Shown: one piece after another, positions 1-11,407 of the stretch
Layout of the letters: the number at the start of each line of letters is the position of its first letter
How positions within the stretch are numbered: the stretch's first letter is position 1
Source: Naegleria gruberi
Lineage: Eukaryota
Strand: one strand, 5' to 3'
NCBI GenBank assembly: GCA_000004985.1
Contig: GG738855.1
Length of the DNA: 64,000 nucleotides
Made by a program: the position numbers and the translations under genes
The notes under the pieces: model-generated
What the model was told of the DNA's origin: nothing
The model's database searches: none
The model's input: only the letters and a program-made list of their open reading frames with translations

Positions 1-108
1 ACGACATAGTATTATATATTATTCAACCTTTTGTTGTTTGTAGAGTAGAGGATCAATAGGTCCTCTAATTTTTTAAAATACATCATCATCTTTTTAATCA
101 ACAACATA

Positions 109-3100
109 ATGAGAGGAGGAAGGACAGTAGTAACACATAATATATCGGAACCTTTTCCTTCCCCGAGTCCAAGACAAACATCAAGAAGTTTGAACGAGTC
201 ATCCTCAAACACTAAGGATGTAAGAAAATCAACAGCCTCTTCATCAACACACCATTCAACAATCAAATCATCTATACAATATATCGATGAAGGACCTTCA
301 TTATACAAGTCAAGGGAAATTGCTGCTCAATCTGGATTGAATGACAGACCTCAGGCCTGGGAATCTGGGCCTGTTGTTGGAGCTGTTCCTCAATCTAATA
401 ATGAAATTCAAGAAAATCGTGCTGCAATATCATCTCTTCAACAAGTTGAATTTACACCACCTAAAAATGTAATTGTTGTGGACGATTTAAATAAGCAAAC
501 CAGACTACCCAAATCATCTACCTTTTCTTCCATAGAATCTCTTTCAGTCATAACAAATAATCCTCCAATGAATTCTCCTGCCTCAGTCGGAAATGTAAAT
601 TCAAATGTTCAGCAACAACCCCACACTCTTATTCTTGATGGAACTACAATCGATTCATCGAAAATTAACCAAAAATCTCCAACCCGAGCATCCAGTCCTT
701 CTGTGAGAATTCCACAAATCCCTTCCAAGAAACGAGATTCCATATTGAGGAGTAGTAAGCCAAAGAAACCAGACAATATTGAAAATTCTGAACCCCAAGA
801 AAAAGTTTTGTCACTCATTGATGTTCAAACAGCAAAGGATCTTGTAAATAGTGGTATTGTGGTTAATCCAGAACTTTCCCAAGAAACCCTACAAAAACTT
901 GATTACTTGTCAGATAAACATTTTATGGCAGGAACAGACATTTCAGTTTTTAAAAAGTCACATCAGCCTCCAGCAATACTAAAACCAAATCAACTTGATG
1001 ACACTTATCTGAGACGAGCCCTAAAATCAGCATTTGAAATTAATAATGATTCGTATTTGGGAGTAATAACAGAGATGGCTGACAAGGCTGCCAGTAATGC
1101 CAATGCTCTTGTCCAAATGATTCCACCTTCTACAATCCCAAAGGAATTTTACATCTTTTCAAATTCACCAATATATGAGGGACTTGTTAAGGAGGGTAAA
1201 TTTGATTTCAATGAGAAGGGACATTACTGGGAGAAGGTTGTTTTTCCATCTGCCAACCCTTCAAAGAGAGTTGAAGTGTACTTACTTGCCAAGGCAATTG
1301 ATTCAATGTTAAAAAAGGCAAGAAAAGAAGACAAAAATATTCATAACAATGAGGAATACTACAAGTCGATTGTTGAAAACATCAACAAATCATTTATTGT
1401 TCACCTGGATAGTTTATTCGAGGTTGCTAGACAGGTTTTTTCAACATGTGTAGAGAGAGGTGTCATCATACAGAGAATCCACATATACTTTAAGGAATTT
1501 TTTGATATTACAAGAACTCTATTACAGGGAGAAAGAAAAAAGTCAACTGAGTTAAAAAAAGTCATAAACCAATACGAGAAGGTAGTAAAAGAGGTTAGTG
1601 ATGAAAAATTGAAAATGAAGCAAGAATTGGAAACGCTGTTAACAAAGAGTGCAACAATAGTGTCTGAAAATGAAGAATTCAAGAAAAAAATCAGTCAAAT
1701 TCCTCAATACGAAGTTGTAATGAATTTAATTCAAAATAAGAAGAAATGGGAAGAGTTTGTTAATGATGGAGGTGAAGATTTGTTTGACGAAGATGGAGTT
1801 GGAGGTGATAAAAAAGGAGTAACACCTAAGAAGAGGATGGCCAAGCAACGAAGTCAAAATGGAGAAGCAGACTCTGTTTCTGGAAATACTGCTAGCCAGT
1901 TAGAAAAAAGTTTTGGAAGAATTATGAAACTTATTTGGACAAACATCAAAGAAACTATTACAAGTACTATTGACTTGAGTGGTTATTTTGAAAATTTAGG
2001 GCATGGACACCAAATTAGAACTAATATAGATTCTGAGCGACTTCAATACATGGACTCTGATGCCCAAATACTTGCTCAAAATACTCTCAATCTGCTCTAT
2101 GATATTAATGGAAGACTTGGAGAAATCAAACGAATTGGTAAAAAGCATCAAGATATGCTTGCTGTCAGACAATTTGCAGATTCAGAAACTCAAACAGATT
2201 TAGATCCCAATAAGAGAATACTAAGAGTACAACTTGTGCCACGTGAAAATTCGGAGAGGAAGATTAAAGTTGTATTTTTTGACTCGAGAGATGACACACA
2301 AATGAGTTTTACAACAAAAGAACAACTTATTAAGAAGGAAAAGGAGGTTGTAAAATTGCAAGATCAAATTTGGAAATTAAAGCAAGAGCTTGAGAATGAA
2401 AGAGCTTACAGTGACAAACTTGCTAATGAAATAAGAGTGAAGAATGAGGTAATTTCTAGGAATGGTCTGGAATCTGAAGCAAAGAAATTGAGAAAGGAAA
2501 GAAGGAAGGAAGAAGAACGAAAGAAGAAAAAGAAGGAAGAAGAGGAACCAGTAGCATCAAACTGGCCAACACCAGCTGTTATTACATCTTCCGAACCTTC
2601 TATCAGACACTCTATTGAGTCAATACCCAAAAGGCTAACTCCCACCAAACCAAATTCTTCCACAAACCAAGCATCACCAAGCCCTCACAAAAAGAAAAAT
2701 ACCAAAGAGCCGAGATCAAGGAAAAAGGAAAACCTCAAATCCACTGAAAAGAAGCCAATAGTTTCTTCAAAGAACTCGTCGAGACCGAATACAAATCATG
2801 CTGACACTCCTCCAGAAAGAACTCTTGAAACAAATGAGCCTGTGAATAGAGTGAAAACTCCTCAAGCAACCCCATCTCGCCATGAAACAGTTGTAAATGA
2901 CAATGTAAAACAAAGAATTGAAAATAACCCAAGCATAGTTGATACAGTGAGTACAAGAGCGGAAACAAGAGAAACCAATCTACATTCTCAGGTTTCTCAT
3001 TCTTCTCTTTCTAGTTATGACGATCACAGACTTGAGGATACACATTCAGGATTTACAACAAGAACAGAAAATAGAGATGATTCTGGGTCACAAGAAAACT

Positions 3101-4398
3101 CTGATGATGAAACATCTCAATACAGTAATGATAGTGATGACTCTTTAGAAATGATGATGAGAGAAAGAGAACATTTTGTTGACACCCCTTCTTCTTCTCA
3201 CTCGACTGATCGCTCTAAAAACAACTCAGTTGCAGATACACATAAGGGTACAAAGAAGCCAATTAAAAAAGATGAAATTATTAAGAAAGGTGGAAAGATT
3301 AATGAACCTCAGAATCATAATACCCATCAAAATAATAATCATGCTACTAAGAGAGAACAAATCCCTACGATTCACCCCCATGTTCCACACATTATTGAAA
3401 GCAAACCCTACGAAGAATCGCCAAGAAAATATACCAATAACAATGGCAAATCAAAAGTTGTCGAACCACCCACAAATTTTAAATCTCCTAGATCACCAAG
3501 ACCAAATCTTGTCAGTTCATTTGTTCAGACAGATGAGACGATGTTTGCTGCAACCAAAAGCCCAAGCTTTGATGATATTGAAGAAGTCAAACAAGTTGAA
3601 CCAAACCAGTTAAGAAAACTTGATCAAGCAGAACAATTAAGAGCCAAACTTAAACCAAGAAATCAGAGAATGCTTGAACTTTTCAACAGGCTAAGAGAAA
3701 AGAGAGGAGAAAAGATTAAGCCATTACCTTGGTTATTGAAATTTATGTATGGTATATACAAATCTAAACTTGTAGCATGTATATCTGATGAGGAAAAGAA
3801 GATGATCACAGTACCTGAATTTATTTTTGAGCACTTGAAGCAAATTTATGGTACTAACAAGTTGGTGGATGAATATGCTTTACAATTACTAATGTCTGTT
3901 AAAAAATTTGGACGAACAGACAGGAGAGTTGAACTATTCAGTAGATTTATTAATGAGGACTGGAATGTAAATATTGTAAACTTTTACCTCAAGGTATGGA
4001 GAGGATTAGAAGACTCAAAGGTTGGTCCTGAATTTGGACAAGGAAAGGCTGGTGATGATGGCGCTGTGCCACATTTCGTATCTAGAATTAGATGTCTTCA
4101 TGTTCTCAATACCCTTCGTGCAGAAATTAATCCAATTCTTTCATCGATAATTAAGGAAATGGATCCAAAATGTGTTACAACAACTGATGACGAATTTTAC
4201 AGAGCACTCTTGTACGCTGGTTACAGAGCTGCAACAGAACTAAATCCAATGGAAGTTTGGGGTGTTCCTTTGGCAATAGCAAAACAAAAGATCTTGAAAG
4301 TTGACTTTTTTTTCATAGTTTGTGAATGTATTGCAAACTACATGCTTTCAACTGGTACAGTTGAATTACCAAAAAGTGATGTTCTTCCACAACTATAA
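109..4398 (+). CDS. Hypothetical 1429-aa protein: Ser/Thr-rich N-terminus, central coiled-coil and Lys/Glu-rich region, conserved ~250-aa C-terminal globular domain.
   Basis: Single uninterrupted ORF from an ATG at 109. Coiled-coil heptads and KKKKKEEEE low complexity. No family motif recognised. Confidence 0.55.
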   Translation: MRGGRTVVTHNISEPFPSPSPRQTSRSLNESSSNTKDVRKSTASSSTHHSTIKSSIQYIDEGPSLYKSREIAAQSGLNDRPQAWESGPVVGAVPQSNNEIQENRAAISSLQQVEFTPPKNVIVVDDLNKQTRLPKSSTFSSIESLSVITNNPPMNSPASVGNVNSNVQQQPHTLILDGTTIDSSKINQKSPTRASSPSVRIPQIPSKKRDSILRSSKPKKPDNIENSEPQEKVLSLIDVQTAKDLVNSGIVVNPELSQETLQKLDYLSDKHFMAGTDISVFKKSHQPPAILKPNQLDDTYLRRALKSAFEINNDSYLGVITEMADKAASNANALVQMIPPSTIPKEFYIFSNSPIYEGLVKEGKFDFNEKGHYWEKVVFPSANPSKRVEVYLLAKAIDSMLKKARKEDKNIHNNEEYYKSIVENINKSFIVHLDSLFEVARQVFSTCVERGVIIQRIHIYFKEFFDITRTLLQGERKKSTELKKVINQYEKVVKEVSDEKLKMKQELETLLTKSATIVSENEEFKKKISQIPQYEVVMNLIQNKKKWEEFVNDGGEDLFDEDGVGGDKKGVTPKKRMAKQRSQNGEADSVSGNTASQLEKSFGRIMKLIWTNIKETITSTIDLSGYFENLGHGHQIRTNIDSERLQYMDSDAQILAQNTLNLLYDINGRLGEIKRIGKKHQDMLAVRQFADSETQTDLDPNKRILRVQLVPRENSERKIKVVFFDSRDDTQMSFTTKEQLIKKEKEVVKLQDQIWKLKQELENERAYSDKLANEIRVKNEVISRNGLESEAKKLRKERRKEEERKKKKKEEEEPVASNWPTPAVITSSEPSIRHSIESIPKRLTPTKPNSSTNQASPSPHKKKNTKEPRSRKKENLKSTEKKPIVSSKNSSRPNTNHADTPPERTLETNEPVNRVKTPQATPSRHETVVNDNVKQRIENNPSIVDTVSTRAETRETNLHSQVSHSSLSSYDDHRLEDTHSGFTTRTENRDDSGSQENSDDETSQYSNDSDDSLEMMMREREHFVDTPSSSHSTDRSKNNSVADTHKGTKKPIKKDEIIKKGGKINEPQNHNTHQNNNHATKREQIPTIHPHVPHIIESKPYEESPRKYTNNNGKSKVVEPPTNFKSPRSPRPNLVSSFVQTDETMFAATKSPSFDDIEEVKQVEPNQLRKLDQAEQLRAKLKPRNQRMLELFNRLREKRGEKIKPLPWLLKFMYGIYKSKLVACISDEEKKMITVPEFIFEHLKQIYGTNKLVDEYALQLLMSVKKFGRTDRRVELFSRFINEDWNVNIVNFYLKVWRGLEDSKVGPEFGQGKAGDDGAVPHFVSRIRCLHVLNTLRAEINPILSSIIKEMDPKCVTTTDDEFYRALLYAGYRAATELNPMEVWGVPLAIAKQKILKVDFFFIVCECIANYMLSTGTVELPKSDVLPQL

Positions 4399-4589
4399 AT
4401 TATTGAACGAGTTTTATTGTAAAGAGTGACTTGTTATTGTGTTTTTGCTATACATATCATTAAATTAGCTTTCTAAGGTTCAGAAGCAATGAACATTAAA
4501 CTGTATGCATCAACATTGTAAAGTTGTTGTTGATTGACGTTTCATTAAAAACTTTTCACCTGTCCTTGGGTGGAAAAAAGAATAAAAAA

Positions 4590-5337
4590 ATGGACGATGT
4601 TGATTTGCCAGAAGGCGTAAAGGTTATTCTTGTTAATAAGTTTAACAAAACACAAGAATTAAAAAGAAAGGAAGGTGTAAAAACAAAGAAAGGTAGAATC
4701 CCTCTTCGTGACATTTGTAAAGAATGGAATTTGAGAAATGTTATTTGGGGTAGGTTGAAAGTCTATTCTTCTTGCATTTATTTAATAATATCGGAAACTA
4801 GTCGAAACTGAAGATCCAGTAACATTTGATGAAAAAACTGGTTGGAGTTCAATTAGTTTTGCATTCATGGATGAAGTTATTTTGAAGGGTGATATTTCAC
4901 TCATCAATCAAGAAAAATTAGCAAAGGAATATATGGATCAACAATTTAAGAAGAAACCACTCACTACATCTCAAACTAACAAATCAAAAGGTTTGGATAT
5001 TGTTGTAGAAACTGAAGAAAAGGTTCTCCATCCAAATGTTATAAAGAAGAATGCTTTGAATTCACTTGTAAAGAAAACTCATGGTACAGAACAACCATCA
5101 ACACCACCAAAATCTACATCATCATCCACCTCATCATCTTCTCCAATGGTTGTTACCTCTTCTCCTCCAGTTATTGTTGAAAAGAAGACTGCCTCTGTAA
5201 GCACTCCAAACAAATCAACAAGCAATAATACAGAAGATGCACTTACTCAAATTGAAAAATTGGCAGCCTTAAAAGAAAAAGGAATTCTCACTGAAGAAGA
5301 ATTTGTTGCTAAAAAGAAACAATTACTTGGACTATAA
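4590..5337 (+). CDS. Small 2-exon protein (~231 aa) ending in a SHOCT-like motif (EKLAALKEKGILTEEEFVAKKKQLLGL).
   Basis: ATG at 4590 in A-rich context. Exon 1 is 4590..4749, intron 4750..4801 (GTAGGT...AG), exon 2 is 4802..5337; the frame is conserved across the splice. The C-terminal motif matches the SHOCT consensus. Confidence 0.5.
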
Positions 5338-5351
5338 AACCACCTAAAATT

Positions 5352-6713
5352 TTAATTGAGTGGATTAACAACACTTCCCAAAAACAAATCAAAGTTATGG
5401 ATTCTGATAAGTTTGATTAAGGAAAGTAAAAGAATCTTTACAGAAATATCACCATCAACATCTTGTCTCAATTCTTCCAATCTCTTCTTTGATAAAATTC
5501 TTTGACCATTATATTCAACACTCAACAATAATTTCCAAACACCCAATGGATCTTTAACTGGATCACTATCCAAAATAAGTCCTTGTAATTCAGAATCATC
5601 TGGAATGACAACAGTTCCATCAAATGAATCCAAAATATATTGTTCCAAATCATCAAAATCTTTTTCTGTTAAAATTCTATTAAAGAAATTAATTGGAAGT
5701 GTTTCCTCAAAGAATGATTTTGGTGTACCAACAACAACGAATAAGGTTGTCTTTTCCATACCTTGTGTAATTGAAAGATTTGGATCTGCGTGTTGGAATA
5801 ACAAATTATTCACTCTAGATGTGAATCTTCTGACCATTACTGGATAACGAAGAGCACGATGAATTGCAAAAGTAATATTCTCCAATGTTCCTACCATACA
5901 AACATCACCACTAACTAATTTTTGCATTGATCCTCCAGATTGATGATGAACCCAATTAGGATTTGTAATATCAAGATATGATTGTAAAGATCCATCAATT
6001 CCACTAACAAATAATTGATGAGGAATAGATCTATTTAAGGTTTTGTTAAAACACTGAATGTTTTTGGGTTTGAAAACTTACTTTTTGACGCTTTGAATTG
6101 CTGTTGGCAAATGTTGTGGATTGACAAAACTTGTTACAAGTGATTCCAATTTGTCTTTAGTATTGACTCTAATGAATGGACTTGGTGCATTTGCTGAATT
6201 TTGTGCTGGAATAATTTTGTAAAGTCTCAATAATTGTAAAACTCTGTTTTGTACTTGTTGTTCTCCAATAACCTATCATGTTTCATATAACAATGATTCA
6301 TTAATATATCAAAAAAGATTAATAAATGTTTGATGATGACAACTTACATGCAAGGTTGTGGACATCATTCCCAATAATTCTTGTTGAGCAGCAAGAGCCT
6401 TTTCCATCTTTTCATACTTTTTAGAAAGTTTATCCATAGATTGAATAAGAATTTCATTTTGTTTTTCGAGAGAAATTGTTCTATCCACAACAACAGTATT
6501 ACCATCTTCCGAAGTGATAGAAGTCTTTGATTTCTTTAATTGTTGTTCATTATTAATAGTTGGTACTGTAGTAATGTCAGCTGGATTCTTTTTTGGTCTT
6601 CCATTCATTGAACGTGTCGATGAGAAACAACACGATACACTACTTGTTGTTGCTCCGGAGAGGAGGGTTATGTTGTTATTTCTTGAGAGGAGGGAAATGA
6701 TTTGCTTTTTCAT
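5352..6713 (-). CDS. Hypothetical coiled-coil protein (~412 aa), 3 exons: join(6348..6713, 6072..6272, 5352..6020).
   Basis: ATG at 6713 after an A-run. Introns 6273..6347 (GTAAGT...ATAG) and 6021..6071 (GTAAGT...ATAG) keep the frame. N-terminal coiled coil, C-terminal ~230-aa alpha/beta domain of unassigned family. Confidence 0.5.
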
Positions 6714-6870
6714 TTTTTTTTATCTTCAAGTTTTTGATTGTTTTTTTGCTTGTTGTGAATTGTGTGGAGCTTCAACAAGTTGACTTTGATGGATTCTAAG
6801 GAACCAATTCTATTGTTGTTTAATAAACATTGTTTTTCAAATTTTAGCATAAATTTATTGTTCAAAATTT

Positions 6871-9678
6871 CTAATGAGAGAAGAGATGGTTGAGAATAAT
6901 TTCTGCAGAGGTAATGCAAGTGGAACCGAGAATAATCTTCTTACCAAAGTATGGTGAGTGTTGCCCTTTTTCTCTGAGGTTGTTATTGATCATTTGTTTA
7001 ATGTCGGTAATTTCTCCAAAGGTAATGCCACCAACAATGAAAAGTATCATAGTGGAAGATTCATTCTTAATTGGCTTCGATTTGGATTGGAACATGAATC
7101 CGAATGTGTTGGAAATAGTGCTCAAAAGTGAGGCATTATGTACAAGATCTGGGCATGGTTCAGTTTCACCTAATACATAGGCCAATTGTTTGCACAGAGA
7201 CCTGAAAGGTGTTTCAGTATTTCCCAAGTTACCACTCTCATTTTCGAATATAAATACATGATCATTAGCAGCCAATTTGTTGAGTATTTGGAAGTATTGA
7301 CGTTGTCTTTTGACTGCATTCAAACATTTGAAAATTATGGATAAATCTTCCTCTACAAGATTTTGGATATTTTCCTTAATGTCGAATTTCTTTTTTGGTT
7401 TGTCGTCATCAAAATCTTCATTCCAATTGTCCCAATCTGCCTCCTCTTCCTCCTCCTCTTCAACAGGTGATGCCTCCTCTTCCTCTGTTGGATTTTGCAA
7501 TTGATCCAATGTTTCATCAGAGAGAATACTTTCAATAAATGATATGCATGAGGATTGTTTGTAATTATCGACAATATGTTTAGCGAGCAATTTTTTGAGG
7601 TCTCTTTCCATTTTGAAGGAACAATCAGGTGTTACCACAGAATATATCATCACGACTAAACGTAATACATCCTGTAATGAGAATTTGGAACCATCCTTCT
7701 TTAAAATATTAATAATATAGGTCAATAACTCATCTTGGTTATTGTCGCACTCGTAGAGAATCAATTTTTCAGCACTAGCTAACTCTGCCCTCTTTGTATT
7801 ACTTTGTGTGAGTTCTAAGGCATGAATAATTGTGGATAAAAATTGTATAACGTCACAATTATCTGACAGTGTTGATAATGCCAGGTCTTTCAATAAATTT
7901 TTCAAACTTTGTGTGGTTTTTTCGAAGGAGAGCTCACCTTTCTTTGTGGTCAAGTTTTGTAACTTGTCTAAAACTACTTTCATCTCTCCGATAGATTCCG
8001 AATTCTTCTTTTCAATTATTGAGTTCATAAGGTTGATAATCTTTTCATTTCCATGGTGGAGTAGACCAGACATGTTTACTAATTTACGAAATTTCATTAA
8101 TAAGAATTCAAAAGCACTTACATTTTCTTAATTCAGATGAAGATGAGTTTAAAGTCATTCCATCAAATCTTACATTTGTGGATAGACCTGTTTTTCTTTC
8201 TGTAGTATTCAGAACCTTATCTAATATACTTTCCGAATGTACCATTGGAGATACTAAATCAAGTGATCTATCAACAAGAACCAAAGTACAAGAATTAGTA
8301 GTACGGAAAGATTCCTCCCTAATCAAATTTTGAAGATCTTGAGCAATGAGATTGGAAGATTGACCCAGAGAGTATACGTCAACACTCATTCTCATATTCT
8401 TCAATAAATCTCTCAAGGTTGCTGCCAGCATTTTGAATTGAAGTTGGAAGGGTGTTGGCAATTCATCAAAGGCCATTAAAACCTCTGATTTCTTTTCTTT
8501 CTGAGGGCTTCCAATAGTAAATCCAGATAGTAAGCTGGATGATTTGATTGGAGACGATACTGCTGGAGACCTTTGTGCAAGACTTAAAATTGGAAATACA
8601 CCATGACATGTTGGAGTAACAAAAATGTTTGGCATGATTGCTGAAATGTTGAATGAGTAATGATTGACCTCTACATGACTTTGAATTGGTTGGAATTGTT
8701 AGTATTTTCAATTACTTACATTGAGTTGTTAATTTCATTTTCAAATTTTTTAGAGGAATTTTCCTTTTTGTGAAGGTTATATTGAGTTTCAAATATTATC
8801 AGTCTACATTTTTCAATGAGATCTGAATAGGTTAAATATTCTTTGAAATAGCCGACAGAAGGAACATAATTCTCATCCAATTCAATACCTTCCAAAACCT
8901 TAGACTGATAATACTCACAAAATCCCTCACTAAATGGGCAGTAGAAATAAATATGGGTGAATTTGTACTTTTCCACACTCTTTCTAACAGCTTGCTCCAA
9001 TGTTTTTGTCAAATGGCAAACAAAAAAGACTGCTTTTTGTACATTAGGTGTGTCTTGCATTTGAGGGGTAATCATATCTGATTGAACAATGAAATGTTCA
9101 ATTTTTTCAGAGCTCTCTGGTGCTGTTGACTTTTTAGTATTTACAGTTGGTGCTTCATCCTCTTCGTCACTGTAGAATTTTTCAAATTCATCATCTTCTT
9201 CCTCGCTATCAATTGATTCCTTAATATTTAGATTATTTGTTGAATTTTCTGTATTGTCATTATTCGATACATAATTGTTCCAACTCAAATTCATTTCTTT
9301 CAAATCCTTAAGTTTATCAATTGATGGCCAATCTTGATCCGATGTTAGATCCAATATTGTCAAAACTCCAAGCTTTAACAAATGATTAGATGTGAGTGAT
9401 TGATCCTCTCCGAACTGATTCCACGAAAAGCATTCAGCACTCACACTGTCCATAAACACCACAGCATTATTCAATTGTTTTGCCAATTTTTCATATTCTT
9501 GATTAGCATCTTCATCAATTAATTCGGAATTATCTTGATAATCAGAGAATGGATCCACTACTTTGTGAGGACTCTTCCTACGATCGGAGGCTTGTTGATT
9601 TGATATTGTTGATGGTGGTAGAAGTTTTGAAGCCTTCCCGACAGCCTCTACAAGCAAGGCTTGTTGTTGAATGCTCAT
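6871..9678 (-). CDS. Sec1/Munc18-family (SM) protein, SCFD2-like, ~900 aa with acidic insertions. Exons: join(8720..9678, 8122..8678, 6871..8078).
   Basis: SM-family signatures TLVLVDRSLDLVSPMVH and ILFIVGGITFGEI. A 41-nt intron 8679..8719 contains TACTAAC; a second intron is 8079..8121. Start chosen at the A-rich ATG at 9678 (an alternative ATG lies at 9705). Confidence 0.7.
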
Positions 9679-9886
9679 TTTTTTAAGTATTTGATGACGT
9701 ATCACATTTGCATTGTTCTTTTCCCTTTCATTTTCTTGTCTTAATTATTAATGTATTTTAATACTTTCGATATCAATTCTACCTTTTACTAACAAAATTA
9801 TGTAACTACTGTAATGTTATTTGGGAGAATGTTATTTGAATGATTAGAAAAAATAATAAAAATAAATTGGAAAAAATATTAAAATA
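9679..9886. promoter_or_regulatory. Divergent intergenic/promoter region between the Sec1-family gene (-) and a small conserved gene (+).
   Basis: ~200 bp AT-rich spacer between two divergently oriented ATGs, both preceded by A-runs. Confidence 0.3.
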
Positions 9887-10575
9887 ATGCCAAAGTCTAC
9901 CAGCACGTTATCAAAGTGGGGCAAACAACTTACCCAAAGACTTGAAAGATGGTGGGGCGTTGATCCTGAATTTAGACACTATCTCCCAGAACATCAAGAT
10001 TCCTATCGTACACCAGCTCCATCGTAAGTTTTTTAAGTTGCAGAGCAGAATAATAACATTCCGTGCCATTATTTCATCATCTGTTGTCATCGTATGAATG
10101 AAAATTAATATTTAATCACATCATCAATGAATATTATTATTTAAATATTATTATAACAACAACAATATAATTGGAAATATCTAGTTCTCAACCTGACGTT
10201 AACATCCCACGTCAAGCTTTCATCAAGGATTTCCACATTAAATATTATCAACAAGATTTCCGTAGAGGACAAGGTTGGAATCCAGAATATCTTGATACCA
10301 TCGTATACAGACAAGAAATTATAGAGGATGCTCAAAAGGGCAAGTACAAGTTAATGCCTGGACAACCTGTTGGTCCTTTCTATGGTATGGGTATGGAAAG
10401 TAAGATTTCATACGCTTTTGATGAAAGAGAAAACAAGCAAGTTTATACATACAGCGTTGATCGTAACTTGTTCAAGCCAGACACTGTTCTTTCTCCTGAA
10501 GAAATTGAAAGACAACTCGAACATGACAAGCTTTACTCCAATGCCAAGAAGGTTGACTTTGTTGGAAAGAAATAA
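9887..10575 (+). CDS. Small conserved protein (~177 aa), 2 exons: join(9887..10023, 10185..10575). Possibly a mitochondrial respiratory-chain accessory subunit, but the family is not assigned.
   Basis: ATG at 9887 in A-rich context. GTAAGT donor at 10024 and acceptor CTAG at 10181..10184 (161-nt intron); the frame is maintained into ORF 10171..10575. Confidence 0.45.
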
Positions 10576-10667
10576 GTGGATAATTAAATAGTTTTTTAAG
10601 GAATTCCACACTAGAATGGTGTTTTTTAACTTTTGGTGAATAAAGATTTAAATTTCAAAATTTGAGT

Positions 10668-11216
10668 TTATTTCTTGTCAACTTGCATATTACGAGTAGC
10701 TCTTGGTAGAGTGACAGTCATTCCTTCCATATCTTTGGAAACAATGACTTGACATCCTAAACGAGAATTGTGAGCCAATCCATAAGCCAAATCCAACATA
10801 TCTTCTTCCTCTTCTTCAGGTTCTGGCATCTTTTCAAAAAATTCATCTTGAATGTAAACATGACAAGTACTGCAAGCAAGAGAAGCTTCACAAGCACCTT
10901 CCAAATCAATATCATTAGCATGGGCAACAGCCAAAATATTTTCTCCGATTGGAGCCTTCACACTCTTTGATAAATTATTCTTTGGATCCACAAAACTAAT
11001 ATTGACAGTTCTATTAAATGTTGTCATCACCAATTAAAAATTTGATTATTGTGTGAATTGTTTCGGAATTAACTTCAAGAAAACATACTCGGCATTTGGA
11101 TTCTTATATCCAATACTTAATTGTTGCAAACTAGAAGAGAAAAATACACGAGAGTTGTTGGCAAATTGGATATTTCTCAAAACAGGATTTGTGGATTTCA
11201 ATACGTAACGGAACAT
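10668..11216 (-). CDS. Mitochondrial adrenodoxin-type [2Fe-2S] ferredoxin (Yah1/FDX2-like), 2 exons: join(11089..11216, 10668..11010).
   Basis: Cysteine motif EGACEASLACSTCHV...RLGCQ and the acidic EPEEEEEDMLDLA segment typical of adrenodoxin-like ferredoxins. N-terminal presequence exon MFRYVLKSTNPVLRN. Intron 11011..11088 (GTATGT...AATAG). Confidence 0.8.
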
Positions 11217-11407
11217 TTTTTTTGAATTGGTTTTGGGTGTTGATGTCTTGGTTCTCTTTTACTTCTTACTTGCTCTTGGTTGAACATTTTCAAGTCCTCT
11301 TATTGCGCTCATTTCAGAGGAGTATGAAAGAATGCTTGATAATATGTTGAGCAATGTCCGAATCCAATCAAAAATTGAGCGTCGTTTTGTTGAGCTGTAA
11401 TGTTGTT

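Noticed and set aside
12-308. 98-aa minus-strand ORF at the window start.
   Set aside because: It overlaps the 5' end and upstream region of the 1429-aa plus-strand gene and has no recognisable motif or splice context. Likely spurious.
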